A stretch of 64,000 bases of DNA from an uncultured Chthonomonadaceae bacterium (GTDB lineage Bacteria > Armatimonadota > Chthonomonadetes > Chthonomonadales > Chthonomonadaceae): NCBI GenBank assembly GCA_963835065.1, contig CAWIEK010000016.1:96001-160000 (forward strand), in the 5' to 3' direction. The position numbers and the translations under genes are program-made. Shown here piece by piece: positions 1-9,380 of this stretch. The notes beneath the pieces were generated by a model. The model ran no database searches, was not told where the DNA came from, and saw nothing but the letters and a program-made list of their open reading frames with translations. The stretch's first letter is position 1; each line of letters starts with the position of its first letter.

Positions 1-108
1 TTGACGCTCTTTTACTTCCAAGTTGCCTGTCAGAGTTGCTTGCTCAACGTCTGTTTGCTGCTCATTTTTAAGCATGAATCCAGGCTCCCATACAAGCGTA
101 AAATCCAA

Positions 109-3100
109 TCACCCGGAAATGTTTACAGATAGGGAGGAACCCTCCTGTTCGGATAGCGCTTTATCATTCGGCAAAATACTACAAGTTTGCCGAAGCGGAC
201 GGATGCCGCGCTCGAATAAGGCGGGCGTGACGTAGCGCGTATGGTAGATTTGCCAGTCTTCGGCATGGCGGCAATAGACCGGATCGTCTTCCAGATTTCC
301 CGGCGGCGTGTCATAATCGGGCAGGTCGTGGGCGGGAAGCGGCAGCACGGTTTTGCTGAAGGTCGTGTTGATGTTGCCGTCCTTGACCCAACCGTCGCCT
401 ATCAGGACAAAATCGCGCGTCCAGCCGTCGCGGGGCGGGGGAAGCGCGGCAAAGGTCAGGCGCATCTCGTCACCCGCGTTCATAATCACGTACCGGTCGT
501 CTACGGTTTGCAGCAGTTCGCGCACATCGCCGAAGCGCGTGTGAAAGCCCGTCAGGTCGCGCCAGGGTTGCCCCTGTCGTTCTACGGGTTCATAGGCGCA
601 TGGAAGTTCCGGGGAACTGGCGTCGGCAGCCTCAATTTTGGAAAAGCCGCGATATTGCAAATCCGCCGTTAATGCGGGCAGGCGCGTGGTTTCGGTTTCC
701 ACATCCGGTAGCTCCAGCGCCCATTGCAGCGCGTCCCAATACACTTCCAGATTGGTGCACAGTCGCAAACGCCGGGGCGCATCCGCTTGAAAACATCATC
801 AATGCGTAATACGATGGTCTTTAGTTTCCCTTCCGGGAAGCCTAAATCCTGCTTGCGCGTTACCCAATTTCCGTCCGCGTCCTGCGTTTCGATGGAAAGG
901 CCGACCGGAACCGGATGATTACCCTGTGACAAGGCGACATTGATGCTGCTGTTTGTCGGCATCACCCACCCATGCGCGATCAGGTACAGCGTTCCTTCAC
1001 GGGGAACTTCGTCTCCAAATTCCAGTTCTACCCAGTGGTCGCGGGTCACGCCCCGATACGCGCCGGGAGGGAAATTGCACACATGCCTGCCATCGCGTTC
1101 GCGTACAATGTCGGTCACATCATTGCCGTCATCGTCCCACGCCCGCGTCACCGGCAGGGGCGGCGTGGTCACATACACGCGCAGGGGCGGAGCCGGAACC
1201 GCAAACCGCTCATCACAAAAAATGTCTGTGCCAACCGGATGGTCTACCGCCATCAGCGACAAATGATCAAAGAAATGCGTTTCCCACAATTCGGCGGTAA
1301 TACGCAAGTCATAGATCAGAGGGAACAGGGAACAGGAAACAGGGAACAGGGAAGAATGTTGCGTACTGTTCCCTGTTTCCTGTTCCCTGTTCCCTACTCG
1401 TGGTACAAGCTGCTCCCCCCGTATCTTGACCCAATCTTCCGTCATTTGGATGCCCGCTGTCTCCTGCGCGTTGATTTTCAGGCCCAGGGGCGAGCGCCAG
1501 ATGCAGTCGGTGACGAACTCCATCTCCTCGCCGTTCCAGGTGAACAGGAAGGGACAGGAGTTGTTGAGGCGGTGGTTGAGGCTGAGAATGGCATTGGCTT
1601 TCAATTCAAATTCGCCACGAACGTCGCCGTTGGGCCACAGGATGCGAACCGCGTCCAGGTTGGGATACGCGCCCAGGCCGAAATGAACGGAAGGACTTGT
1701 AATCAGTTGTTTCTGGTAGATCAAGCCGGCGCGGGCTTCCAATTCGCCGCCGATGCCGAAACTGTTGATGCGCTTGTTAAGTTCCGCCGCGATTTTACCG
1801 GCGCGATGCTGAGAAGCGAAGACTTCCTTTATTTCGTCGGCGCGGGGGCGCAGGGTTTGCCAGAAATAGTTTTGCGTTCCCTTGTTGGTCAGGATGACAG
1901 CCTGCCCCTGCGCGTTGACGCCGAGCAGATCGAGCCGTCCATTCCCGTCCACATCCGCAACCGCGCCAATACCGGCGGGGATAGGGGAGGGGAGGGGCGT
2001 AAACGAGCGGCCATCGCCCATCCACACCTGCGCAATTGTGGGCGAGGAAGCGATCAGATCGGGAGCGCCGTTATTGTCCACATCGGCCACGAACAGGGCC
2101 GCTCTGCCGGGTGTTAGATCGTGGGGCGGATTGCTCCATGCGGCCAGGGGCGCGATTTCCCACTGGCCGCTGTTCTTAGGGTCGCCGCTCCGCTTGTCGG
2201 ACAGGCGTACAAGGCTGCCGTCCTGCCGCAGCAGCAGGAAATCCAGCCTGCCGTCGTGGTCGGGATCGCCAACAGCAAGCGCGGCCACCGTTCCGACTTC
2301 GGACGGAAGTTTTCTTTCCGTGAACTTGCCCCAACGCTCGTTCCTGAAAATGCGCAATTTGCCCTTATCATCCACAAGGGCGGCATCGGGAGCGCCGTCG
2401 CCGTTCACGTCCGCCCACGCGAACGCGCGCAGATTGTGAACGGTGGAAAACAGTTCCACGGGCTTGAACGTGCCGTCGCCATTGCAGCGTAAAATCAGGG
2501 GCGGGCCGGATACGCGGGCGAGCAGTATATCCAAATCGCCGTCCCCGTCATAATCCAATCCCCACGCGCCGCTATACGCGCCATTCAGTACAACGGCAGG
2601 CAGTTTCATTTGCGCGGTAGCGTCCGTAAACTTGCCATCTGCGCCCTGCGTGTAGTAGCGCATGCCGCCCGCGCCCGCCATAAAAATGTCGGAGCGCAAA
2701 TCATAGTTAAAATCCAGCGCGAGTACGCCATTCGAGCCTGGAGCAATCGAAATCGCGCCCCCGGTAATCGAAATCGCGCTGCCGGGAAACGGCAGCGTAA
2801 CCCCCGCATACGCCGGAGCCTCAATATGCAATGCCCGCCCATCCGCCCACATCGGAAACGGAGCCATCAGGGTCGTCGGCGTACCTTCGTTGGACAGCCA
2901 TAAAGCGCCTGTGTAGATTGAGGGTTGAGGGTTGAGGGTTGAGGGATCTCACTTGTGGATTGTGTCTCCTTTTCTCCTTTTCTCCTTTTCTCCTTTTCTT
3001 CTGTTCCCTGTTGCTCCGCGAACGTGACCGTCATATCCGGGGGAGCGGGGGTGTCGGCGATGTTGGGGAGGACGAGAAACTGTTCCAGGGGCGTACCGAC

Positions 3101-3940
3101 GACAGCGTTTCCATTTTTGTCCTCTGGGGGCGTCAGAAGGGCGTGGCTTTGGCGATATGCGGAATCCTGCTTCAGCACATTGGTGAGATACTGCGCGGTG
3201 ATGGCGGCGCGTTGCACTTTGCCGCTTTGCGCGGCGGCTTTCATTTGGACAAGATAATCTTTCGCCTGAGCAGACCAGGCGCTGCTAAACGATTTTAAAC
3301 TGGTAAGTGCGGCGGTAAATACGGCAACATTGTTCTGCTTGGCGGCCATGCGGGCGGTTTGCAGCAGGGCTTCGATGTTATCCGGGTGATCGTGGACAAT
3401 GGCCTGCATGGTTGCCAGCGCGCCGGGGTCGTCCTGCGCTTTTTCCTGCTGCAAGGACAGCGCGTACCGATTGAGCAAATCTTCGGGATTGAGGCTAACC
3501 GCCGTTTTGAGATGCGTGGCCGCGCCCGCCACATCGCCCTTGCTGTCGGCGACAAGGGCCAGCATAGACTCGATAGAAGCGCGGGCGGCAGGCGGCGTAT
3601 TGGGCGGCAGCAGGGAGTTGGCCTTGTCCAGATCAGTGGCGGCTTCGTCATTCTGCCCCGCGCGCAAGTGCAGCAGTCCCAGATTGGCCCAAATCGCCGG
3701 TTCCTGCGGCGCAAGCCGGACGGCTTCGTTCAGTTTGTCCAGCGCGCGCGGGTCGGTGGTTTGCAGCGCAATCGTGCCGACGGTGAAAACAGACGCGATC
3801 TGCGCCGGAGTCGCGGCGGGCGGCGGCTGCGAGGCAGGGCGCGGGCAGCCGGCAAGCCCCAGCGCGGTGGCAAGGCTAATGCCCGCAATGGCAGCGCGGG
3901 CTGCAAATATACGCGAATAGGGTGATAGTCGTGGTGGCAT
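109..3940 (-). CDS. Lipoprotein with TPR, FG-GAP/VCBS repeats and ASPIC/UnbV (CRTAC1-like) domain; split into three ORFs by frameshifts at ~787 and ~2918-2945
   Basis: Lipobox LAGC; TPR helices; repeated DxDGDGxxD motifs; GIGGELEARAG...VHFGLG...ILWPNG (ASPIC-like); SCPFLFTWNG C-terminal region. ORFs 2867..3940, 669..2867 and 109..768 join by single frame changes. Confidence 0.85.
1320..1395. repeat. Intragenic heptamer palindrome (GGGAACA)n/(TGTTCCC)n with 30 bp perfect arms and a 16 nt loop
   Basis: 1320-1349 is the exact reverse complement of 1366-1395, including the variant unit GGAAACA/TGTTTCC. Confidence 0.95.
2918..3010 (-). repeat. Intragenic composite repeat cassette: (GAAAAGGA)n followed by (CCCTCAA)x4
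   Basis: Read directly; encodes QGTEEKEKRRKGEKET...PQPSTLNPQ. Confidence 0.9.
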
Positions 3941-3996
3941 GTCAGGACAATTATACATTGTTTTGCCGTTTCCGACAAGAGGCAAGAGCAAGAGGA

Positions 3997-4053
3997 AGTG
4001 ATGAGTGATGAATCAGAATCCCATTCATCACTCATCACTCATCACTCATCATT
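3997..4053. repeat. Intergenic heptamer hairpin (GTGATGA)n/(TCATCAC)n
   Basis: Same module as 5220-5290 and 7698-7770. Confidence 0.9.
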
Positions 4054-4071
4054 TTCCTACCCCTCCATAGA

Positions 4072-4101
4072 TTGATTTCTGCTTGAAAAGTATGTTATAC
4101 T
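4072..4101 (+). promoter_or_regulatory. Probable sigma70 promoter (TTGATT-N18-TATACT, extended TG), probably giving a leaderless mRNA
   Basis: The -10 ends 6 nt before ATG 4108 and no SD sequence is present. Confidence 0.45.
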
Positions 4102-4107
4102 GCTCGC

Positions 4108-4881
4108 ATGACTGAGGAGAATTCGCGCGGCAGAGCCGTATTGTATCCTTTTGGGCTGGCAATCGTGTTGCTGGTGGTGTGGCATACGCTTTCGGGAAGC
4201 GGCAGGCTGCCGCAAACGATTTTCCCCACGCCGTTTCAAGTGTGGCAGGGGTTTGTGGCGCAGTGCCGCAATGGGCTTTTGTTTGAAGACATTACCACGT
4301 CGCTGTTTCGCGTTGCGATGGGGTTTGTGCTGGCCGTTACGCTTGGCGTCCCGCTCGGCCTGCTGATGGGAAACGTTGTCGGCGCGCGTCTGACCCTGCT
4401 GCCGTATGTCAACTTTTTCCGCAGCATTTCGGCTATTGCCTGGCTGGGATTTGCCATTGCCTGGTTTCCTCTTGGCGACCCGGCGACCATTTTCCTGATT
4501 TTCCAATCCGCGTTCTGGCCGCTGGCGTTGGGAACTCTGGCGGCGGCATCCGGCGTTCCCTCCATTTATTACCGCGTCGCCCGCGATTACGGGTTTACGC
4601 CCTTCCAGAAGGTGACGCGCATTACCTTTCCCGCCATTCTGCCGCAACTCCTTTCCAACCTGCGCATTACGATGGGATTGGTATGGACAGTAATAGTTCC
4701 CGCTGAAATGGTGGCCGGGCGAAGCGGGCTTGGCTTCCGCATACAGGATGACCGCAACGGCCTGCGCGTGGATTTGCTCGTGGTTCACATGATTGTCATT
4801 GGCATTATCGGCGTGATTTTGGATCGCCTGCTGGTACGCCTGACGCGCCTGCCGAACGTGAGGTGGGGCTATGAGCGCTAA
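4108..4881 (+). CDS. ABC transporter permease, SsuC/TauC (nitrate/sulfonate) family
   Basis: TM pattern; [31 protein letters not shown] motifs. Confidence 0.9.
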   Translation: MTEENSRGRAVLYPFGLAIVLLVVWHTLSGSGRLPQTIFPTPFQVWQGFVAQCRNGLLFEDITTSLFRVAMGFVLAVTLGVPLGLLMGNVVGARLTLLPYVNFFRSISAIAWLGFAIAWFPLGDPATIFLIFQSAFWPLALGTLAAASGVPSIYYRVARDYGFTPFQKVTRITFPAILPQLLSNLRITMGLVWTVIVPAEMVAGRSGLGFRIQDDRNGLRVDLLVVHMIVIGIIGVILDRLLVRLTRLPNVRWGYER

Positions 4882-5702
4882 GGCATTGCGCGTAGAACAG
4901 GTATCCCGCGTTTTCGGCAAACTGTCCGTGCTGGAAGACATCTCCCTGACCGTCGCGCCCGGCGAGTTCGTGGCTCTCGTCGGTCCGTCCGGCTGCGGCA
5001 AAACCACGCTGCTCAACCTGCTGTCGGGCTACGACCTGCCCTCTTCCGGCAAAATCGAACGCCCGCCCAACGTCCGCATGGTCTACCAACAGGACGGCCT
5101 TCTCCCCTGGCTGACCGTGCGGCAGAATGTGGAGCTAGGGGAGGGGGAAGAAAAGAAGAAGAGAAGAAGAGAAGAAGAGAAGACGGAGAAGCAGGGAACA
5201 GAAAGAAATGCTGAACGCGGAATGATGAATGATGAATACAATGCAGCATCCCATTCATCACTCATCACTCATCACTCATCATTATCTGTCCCCCCAACAC
5301 CCAACACCCTCCTTTCCCTTGTCGGCCTGGAGGAGTTTGCGGACTCGTATCCGTATCAGCTTTCGGGGGGGATGCGGCAGCGGGCGGAACTGGCGCGGGC
5401 ATTGGGCGGGTGATACCGACCTGCTGCTGCTGGACGAGCCGTTTTCCGCGCTGGATTACCTGAACCGGCTGCGCCTGCGGCATGAACTCGCCCTGATTTT
5501 GCAGCAGCGTCCTACCCAAACCGTTCTGGTGACGCACGATATTGAGGAAGCCTGCCAACTCGCGGATCGCGTGTTGGTGTTGTCCGCGCGCCCCGCCCGT
5601 ATCCAATGTGAAATACCGATTGGATTGCCCCGCCCGCGCCCGCCTCTGCATCCTTTAGTAGTGGAGGCCAATCAGCGCGTGTTGGTGGAAATGGGGTTGT
5701 GA
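4871..5702 (+). CDS. ABC transporter ATP-binding protein, SsuB/TauB family, with a repeat-derived in-frame segment; frameshift ~5405
   Basis: Walker A GPSGCGKT, signature LSGGMRQR, Walker [13 protein letters not shown]. Confidence 0.9.
5138..5309 (+). repeat. Intragenic composite repeat cassette: (GAAGAGAA)n - GGGAACA - (GAATGAT)n - (TCATCAC)n - (CCCAACA)n
   Basis: Encodes [22 protein letters not shown]...MMNDE...[19 protein letters not shown] in-frame. Confidence 0.92.
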
Positions 5703-5812
5703 AGATATGAGATATAGAGATAAGAGATAAGAGGCACAGGCTTGTCAAGACGCCAGCCATTCGCACTAGCGCAACTCTTATCTCTTATATCTTATCTCTT
5801 GTATCTCTATAT
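5703..5812. repeat. Intergenic heptamer hairpin (GAGATAA)n/(TTATCTC)n
   Basis: Imperfect inverted arrays between the ATPase and the tnpB-like gene. Confidence 0.85.
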
Positions 5813-5817
5813 CTATC

Positions 5818-6325
5818 ATGAAACAAGTAATCGTGCTGAAATTAGAACCGACAGCGGCGCAGCAGCAGTCGTTATTGACGACGATGCAGGCGTTCAATCA
5901 GGGCTGTCAGTATGTGGGCGAACTGGCCTTTGCGCATCGGCTCGCCAACAAAATCGCGCTTCAGCCGATGGTGTACCACGAACTGCGCGACCGTTTTGGA
6001 CTGTCTTCGCAAATGGCCGTGCGGGCGATCAGCAGCGCGTGTGAAGCGTACAAGACGGATCGAGACGCCGCGCCGCAGTTCGATGCCTATGCGCCCATGA
6101 TTCTGGATGCCCGCCTGCTGTCCATCAAAGGCTTGACGGATGTATCGCTGTTGTGTTTGACCGGGACGGCAATTGATTCCCTTTCGATTTGTGCGCTATG
6201 CGCCTGCCCGCCCGGATCGTATCGCGGGGCAGGCGGATTTAGAGGCTGTGGAAGGCGCGTTTTATCTGTACGTGCATATTGATTTGCCGTCCGCGCCGCC
6301 GGTAAGCGATGCGGAAATTATATAG
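5818..6325 (+). CDS. TnpB (IS200/IS605)-derived protein: N-terminal WED/REC portion only, no RuvC or Zn finger; frameshift ~6165
   Basis: KLEPTAAQQQSLLTTMQAFNQGC...VYHELRDRFGLSSQMAVRAI is typical of the TnpB N-terminus. The corrected frame reads GQADL...FYLYVHIDLPSAPPVSDAEII* and stops where GxDxG would follow. Confidence 0.75.
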
Positions 6326-6336
6326 AAGGAAAAAAT

Positions 6337-7708
6337 ATGCGAATCAAGAAGAGGCTGTCAGCGCTGCTGCTGTGCGGACTTTGCATCGGCGTGACGCGGG
6401 CACAGGGGCAATCCGCGTTGAAGACAACAGAAGCCGATGCGAACCGCGTGGCTGCCGATGTTCAGGCGGAGGCGATTTGGGACGGGCGCAAGATGGTTCC
6501 ATTTCACGCGCTGGACAATCCCAAAATGGTGAAAGCGGAACAGGCCGACTTTCTGGACGATGGCGAGTACGTGCTTGCCATGACCATCAATGGCGAAGCG
6601 AGGGCGTATCCCACGCGCTTTGTCTGGTGGCATCATTTCGTCAACGACCATACGGACAAAACCGGGCTGGACTATCCCGCGTTTGTCGTGACCTATTGCA
6701 GCGTGTGCAATACGGGCGTTCGCTTCGATCCCCGCGTGGACGGGAAGCCGCTCCTGTTCGACTTCTATGGCCTGTACAACGGCGTGGCCGTGATGAGTGA
6801 CCGCGATACGGGAAGCGTGTGGACGATTGTGGAAGGCCGGGCGATAAAGGGCGCTCGCGCCAATCAGCGTATGAAGACGGCTCCTTTACTCGATACGACA
6901 TGGGGCGAGTGGAAGCGCCTGCACCCGGATACTCTCGTGATGTCGCCGGACAACGAGTACAAGCGCTGTTTATCGCGGCAAAGACAAGCCGGAGCCGCGC
7001 GACTACGATCAGTTTCCCGCGCCCTTTTTCGAGCCGACCCTGACGCGCCGCGACAAGCGCCTGCCTCCCTTTGAAAAAGTGCTGGCGGTTCGACTGGCGC
7101 AGACGGAACCAACAACGGATCAGAAACCGGTTCCGAACGGGGATGCCGCCGCTAAAGACACTGCCAACAAAGATACGGACGCTGCCGACAAGAACGCGGG
7201 CGTGAAGGATACCAGTGGCAAAGATGCCAATGCCGCCGGTAAGGATGCCCTTGCCAAAGATGCCGGCGACAAGAACCAGTCGGCGCAGTCCACAGCCCCG
7301 CCGGAAAAATGGCTAACTCGCGCCTATCCCATTGCCGCGCTGAAAGCCGCCAAAAGCGTTGTCAACGATATGCTGGGAAACACGCCCGTTGCCGTCTTTC
7401 TGGAACCCAATTCCACAACCGCAAACGCGGTATCAAGAGTTTTGGACGGCAAAACGCTGACGTTCGAGTCCCGCGAAGAAAACGGCAAAACATTTATCGT
7501 GGATAAAGAAACGGGAACGCGCTGGAGCATCGAAGGGGTGGGGGAAACCGGCCCACTCGCCGGCAAGTCCCTGCCGCGCCTCGACTGCCACCTCAGCCAG
7601 TGGTACGGCTGGGCCGCCTACTATCCTGACACCACCATCTTCGGGCGTACCGACCCGCCGCAAACGGAGAAGGCAGGAAGACAGAAGACAGAAGGAAATG
7701 ATGAGTGA
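6337..7708 (+). CDS. Secreted DUF3179-family protein; frameshift ~6970
   Basis: Signal peptide; GEARAYP, TYCSVCNTG, DRDTGSVW, TTWGEWKRLHPDT, WYGWAAYYPDT motifs. Confidence 0.85.
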
Positions 7709-7794
7709 TGAGTGATGAATGATGAACAGAATCCTCATTCATCACTCATCACTCATCACTCATCATTATCTGTTCCCCCAACACCCATCACCCA
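7676..7794 (+). repeat. Composite repeat cassette overlapping the DUF3179 stop codon
   Basis: (GAAGACA)n-(GATGAGT)n-(TCATCAC)n-CCCAACA; its tail is nearly identical to 5251-5309. Confidence 0.9.
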
Positions 7795-7810
7795 TTTATG
7801 GAGCCGCCGC

Positions 7811-8110
7811 ATGTCCGACGAACTCGCCATTCTTAACCAGCAGATGGCTATCAGCAACCAGCAGACTATTCTTGCCAACCAGCAGACCATTTTCGCCACC
7901 CAGCAGAACATCATCGGGACGCTGGAACAAATCCAGTCTACGCAGGCGACCCTGGAAGTGGTGCTGTCCAATCAGGATCGCATCATTACCAACCAGGAGC
8001 GCATCGTTGCCAATCAGGAAACGATTCAGGCCAATCAGGAGCATATCCTGTCCAACCAGGAGAAGTTGCTGGAAGGCCAGGAGCAACTGCTGGCAGGCAA
8101 AGGAACATAA
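7811..8110 (+). CDS. Small Gln/Asn-rich heptad-repeat (coiled-coil) protein
   Basis: GGAG before ATG; about 12 NQxxIxx-type heptads. Confidence 0.75.
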   Translation: MSDELAILNQQMAISNQQTILANQQTIFATQQNIIGTLEQIQSTQATLEVVLSNQDRIITNQERIVANQETIQANQEHILSNQEKLLEGQEQLLAGKGT

Positions 8111-8150
8111 CCGTTCCGAATGATTCGGAAATGGGGAGAGGAGAAGACCT

Positions 8151-8801
8151 ATGCCGGAGATTTCCTTCCTTGCAGGAGAAAACACTCGAACAGGCTATCT
8201 CGCGGTGCCCGAAGGGGGCAGCGGAGCGGGCGTTCTGATGCTGCACGCCTGGTGGGGGCTGACGCCCTTCTTTACACAGGTCTGCGACCGCATGGCGGAA
8301 GCAGGCTTTGTCGCTTTCGCGCCGGACTTGCATCACGGCAAAACCGCCGCCACCATAGAAGAAGCAAAGCAGATTCTTGCCCGGAGCGACTCTCAATCCG
8401 TTCATGCGACCGCTCTGGCCGCCCTTGACTTCCTGCGCCGGCATCCCACTGTGAGCAGCAGCCGGTTGGGAGCCATTGGGTTTTCCATGGGAGCCGCTTT
8501 TGCTTTAGATCTCCACTCCGATGTTCCCGATGCCTTTGCCGCAGTCGTCCTGTTTTACGGACTGCCGGATGCCGATCTCACCCACCTCCCGACACCCGTT
8601 TTAGGACATTTCGGCGAAGAGGATGAATGGGAACCGATAGAGCAGGTAAAGCAAATACAGGGCGACAACGTGACCATCCACCTCTACTCCGGGGCAGGGC
8701 ATTGGTTTTTTGAAGAGGATCGCCCGGAACACTTCCGCCCGGAAGCCGCTGCGCTTGCCTGGGAGCGCACCCTGTCTTTTCTTCACGCGAAGGTGAGTTA
8801 A
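8151..8801 (+). CDS. Dienelactone hydrolase family protein
   Basis: HAWWGL, APDL, GFSMG nucleophile elbow, AGHWF. Confidence 0.92.
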   Translation: MPEISFLAGENTRTGYLAVPEGGSGAGVLMLHAWWGLTPFFTQVCDRMAEAGFVAFAPDLHHGKTAATIEEAKQILARSDSQSVHATALAALDFLRRHPTVSSSRLGAIGFSMGAAFALDLHSDVPDAFAAVVLFYGLPDADLTHLPTPVLGHFGEEDEWEPIEQVKQIQGDNVTIHLYSGAGHWFFEEDRPEHFRPEAAALAWERTLSFLHAKVS

Positions 8802-8817
8802 TCTTCGGCTGAAAGCG

Positions 8818-8927
8818 TCTCCCAACAGGCGCAGCATTTGCGTCTTGCGGATGCGGCAATCTTCCTACAGAGTTGCGTCCGCAGGATGCTTGTACTTTCC
8901 TGCCGGGTACTTTCAGTACCCGGCCAA
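8818..8927. repeat. REP-like dispersed repeat family A, 110 bp copy
   Basis: Near-identical to 16963-17072; shorter copies at 50850 and 59161; contains internal hairpins. Confidence 0.9.
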
Positions 8928-8962
8928 TTGGAATTTAAGTGGCATGGACAGGCTCCTACGAG

Positions 8963-9316
8963 TTATGTTTGTCCCGTATAAAACCGCAGGATGGCGGCGC
9001 GTATCATTTCCGGGTCGGCCAGTACTGGCTTTATGGTGCAGCGGCTGGCGAGACGAACCTCATCCATTGCTGCTGTGTCACCGGGGTCGGCTACTGCGAG
9101 CCAAAGTATGGTGGCCTGGCGGCGCAGAGGCAGCACGTTATGGCGGGCGGCGATGTCATGTGGAATGCTCGCCAACGCCGCCGCTTCCGGCTTGAACTTG
9201 GTCAGATTGGCAAAGGGAACACCTAATTCCTTCGCCTTTTCCTCATAATAGGCTGTACCATATTCCTCGCGCGCGCGTTTCAGAAAATTGTCGTAGTTGT
9301 TGTCTTCATCGTCCAT
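8963..9316 (-). CDS. Stand-alone GspE/PilB N-terminal (T2SSE_N) domain protein
   Basis: AKELGVPFANL...IPHDIAARHNVLPL...LAVADPGD. Confidence 0.8.
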   Translation of the reverse strand: MDDEDNNYDNFLKRAREEYGTAYYEEKAKELGVPFANLTKFKPEAAALASIPHDIAARHNVLPLRRQATILWLAVADPGDTAAMDEVRLASRCTIKPVLADPEMIRAAILRFYTGQT

Positions 9317-9380
9317 GATATGGCCTCCGCGCCGCCCGCTTCCACGCCGTTTTTTGCCGACACTTCAGACTAACTACCGA

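Noticed and set aside
5138..5309. In-frame inserts as inteins or self-splicing introns
   Set aside because: Too short; no C/S...HN-C/S/T intein ends and no group I/II core recognisable.
5818..6325. Active IS200/IS605 element or Cas12f
   Set aside because: No RuvC, Zn finger, tnpA, recognisable IS ends or CRISPR array.
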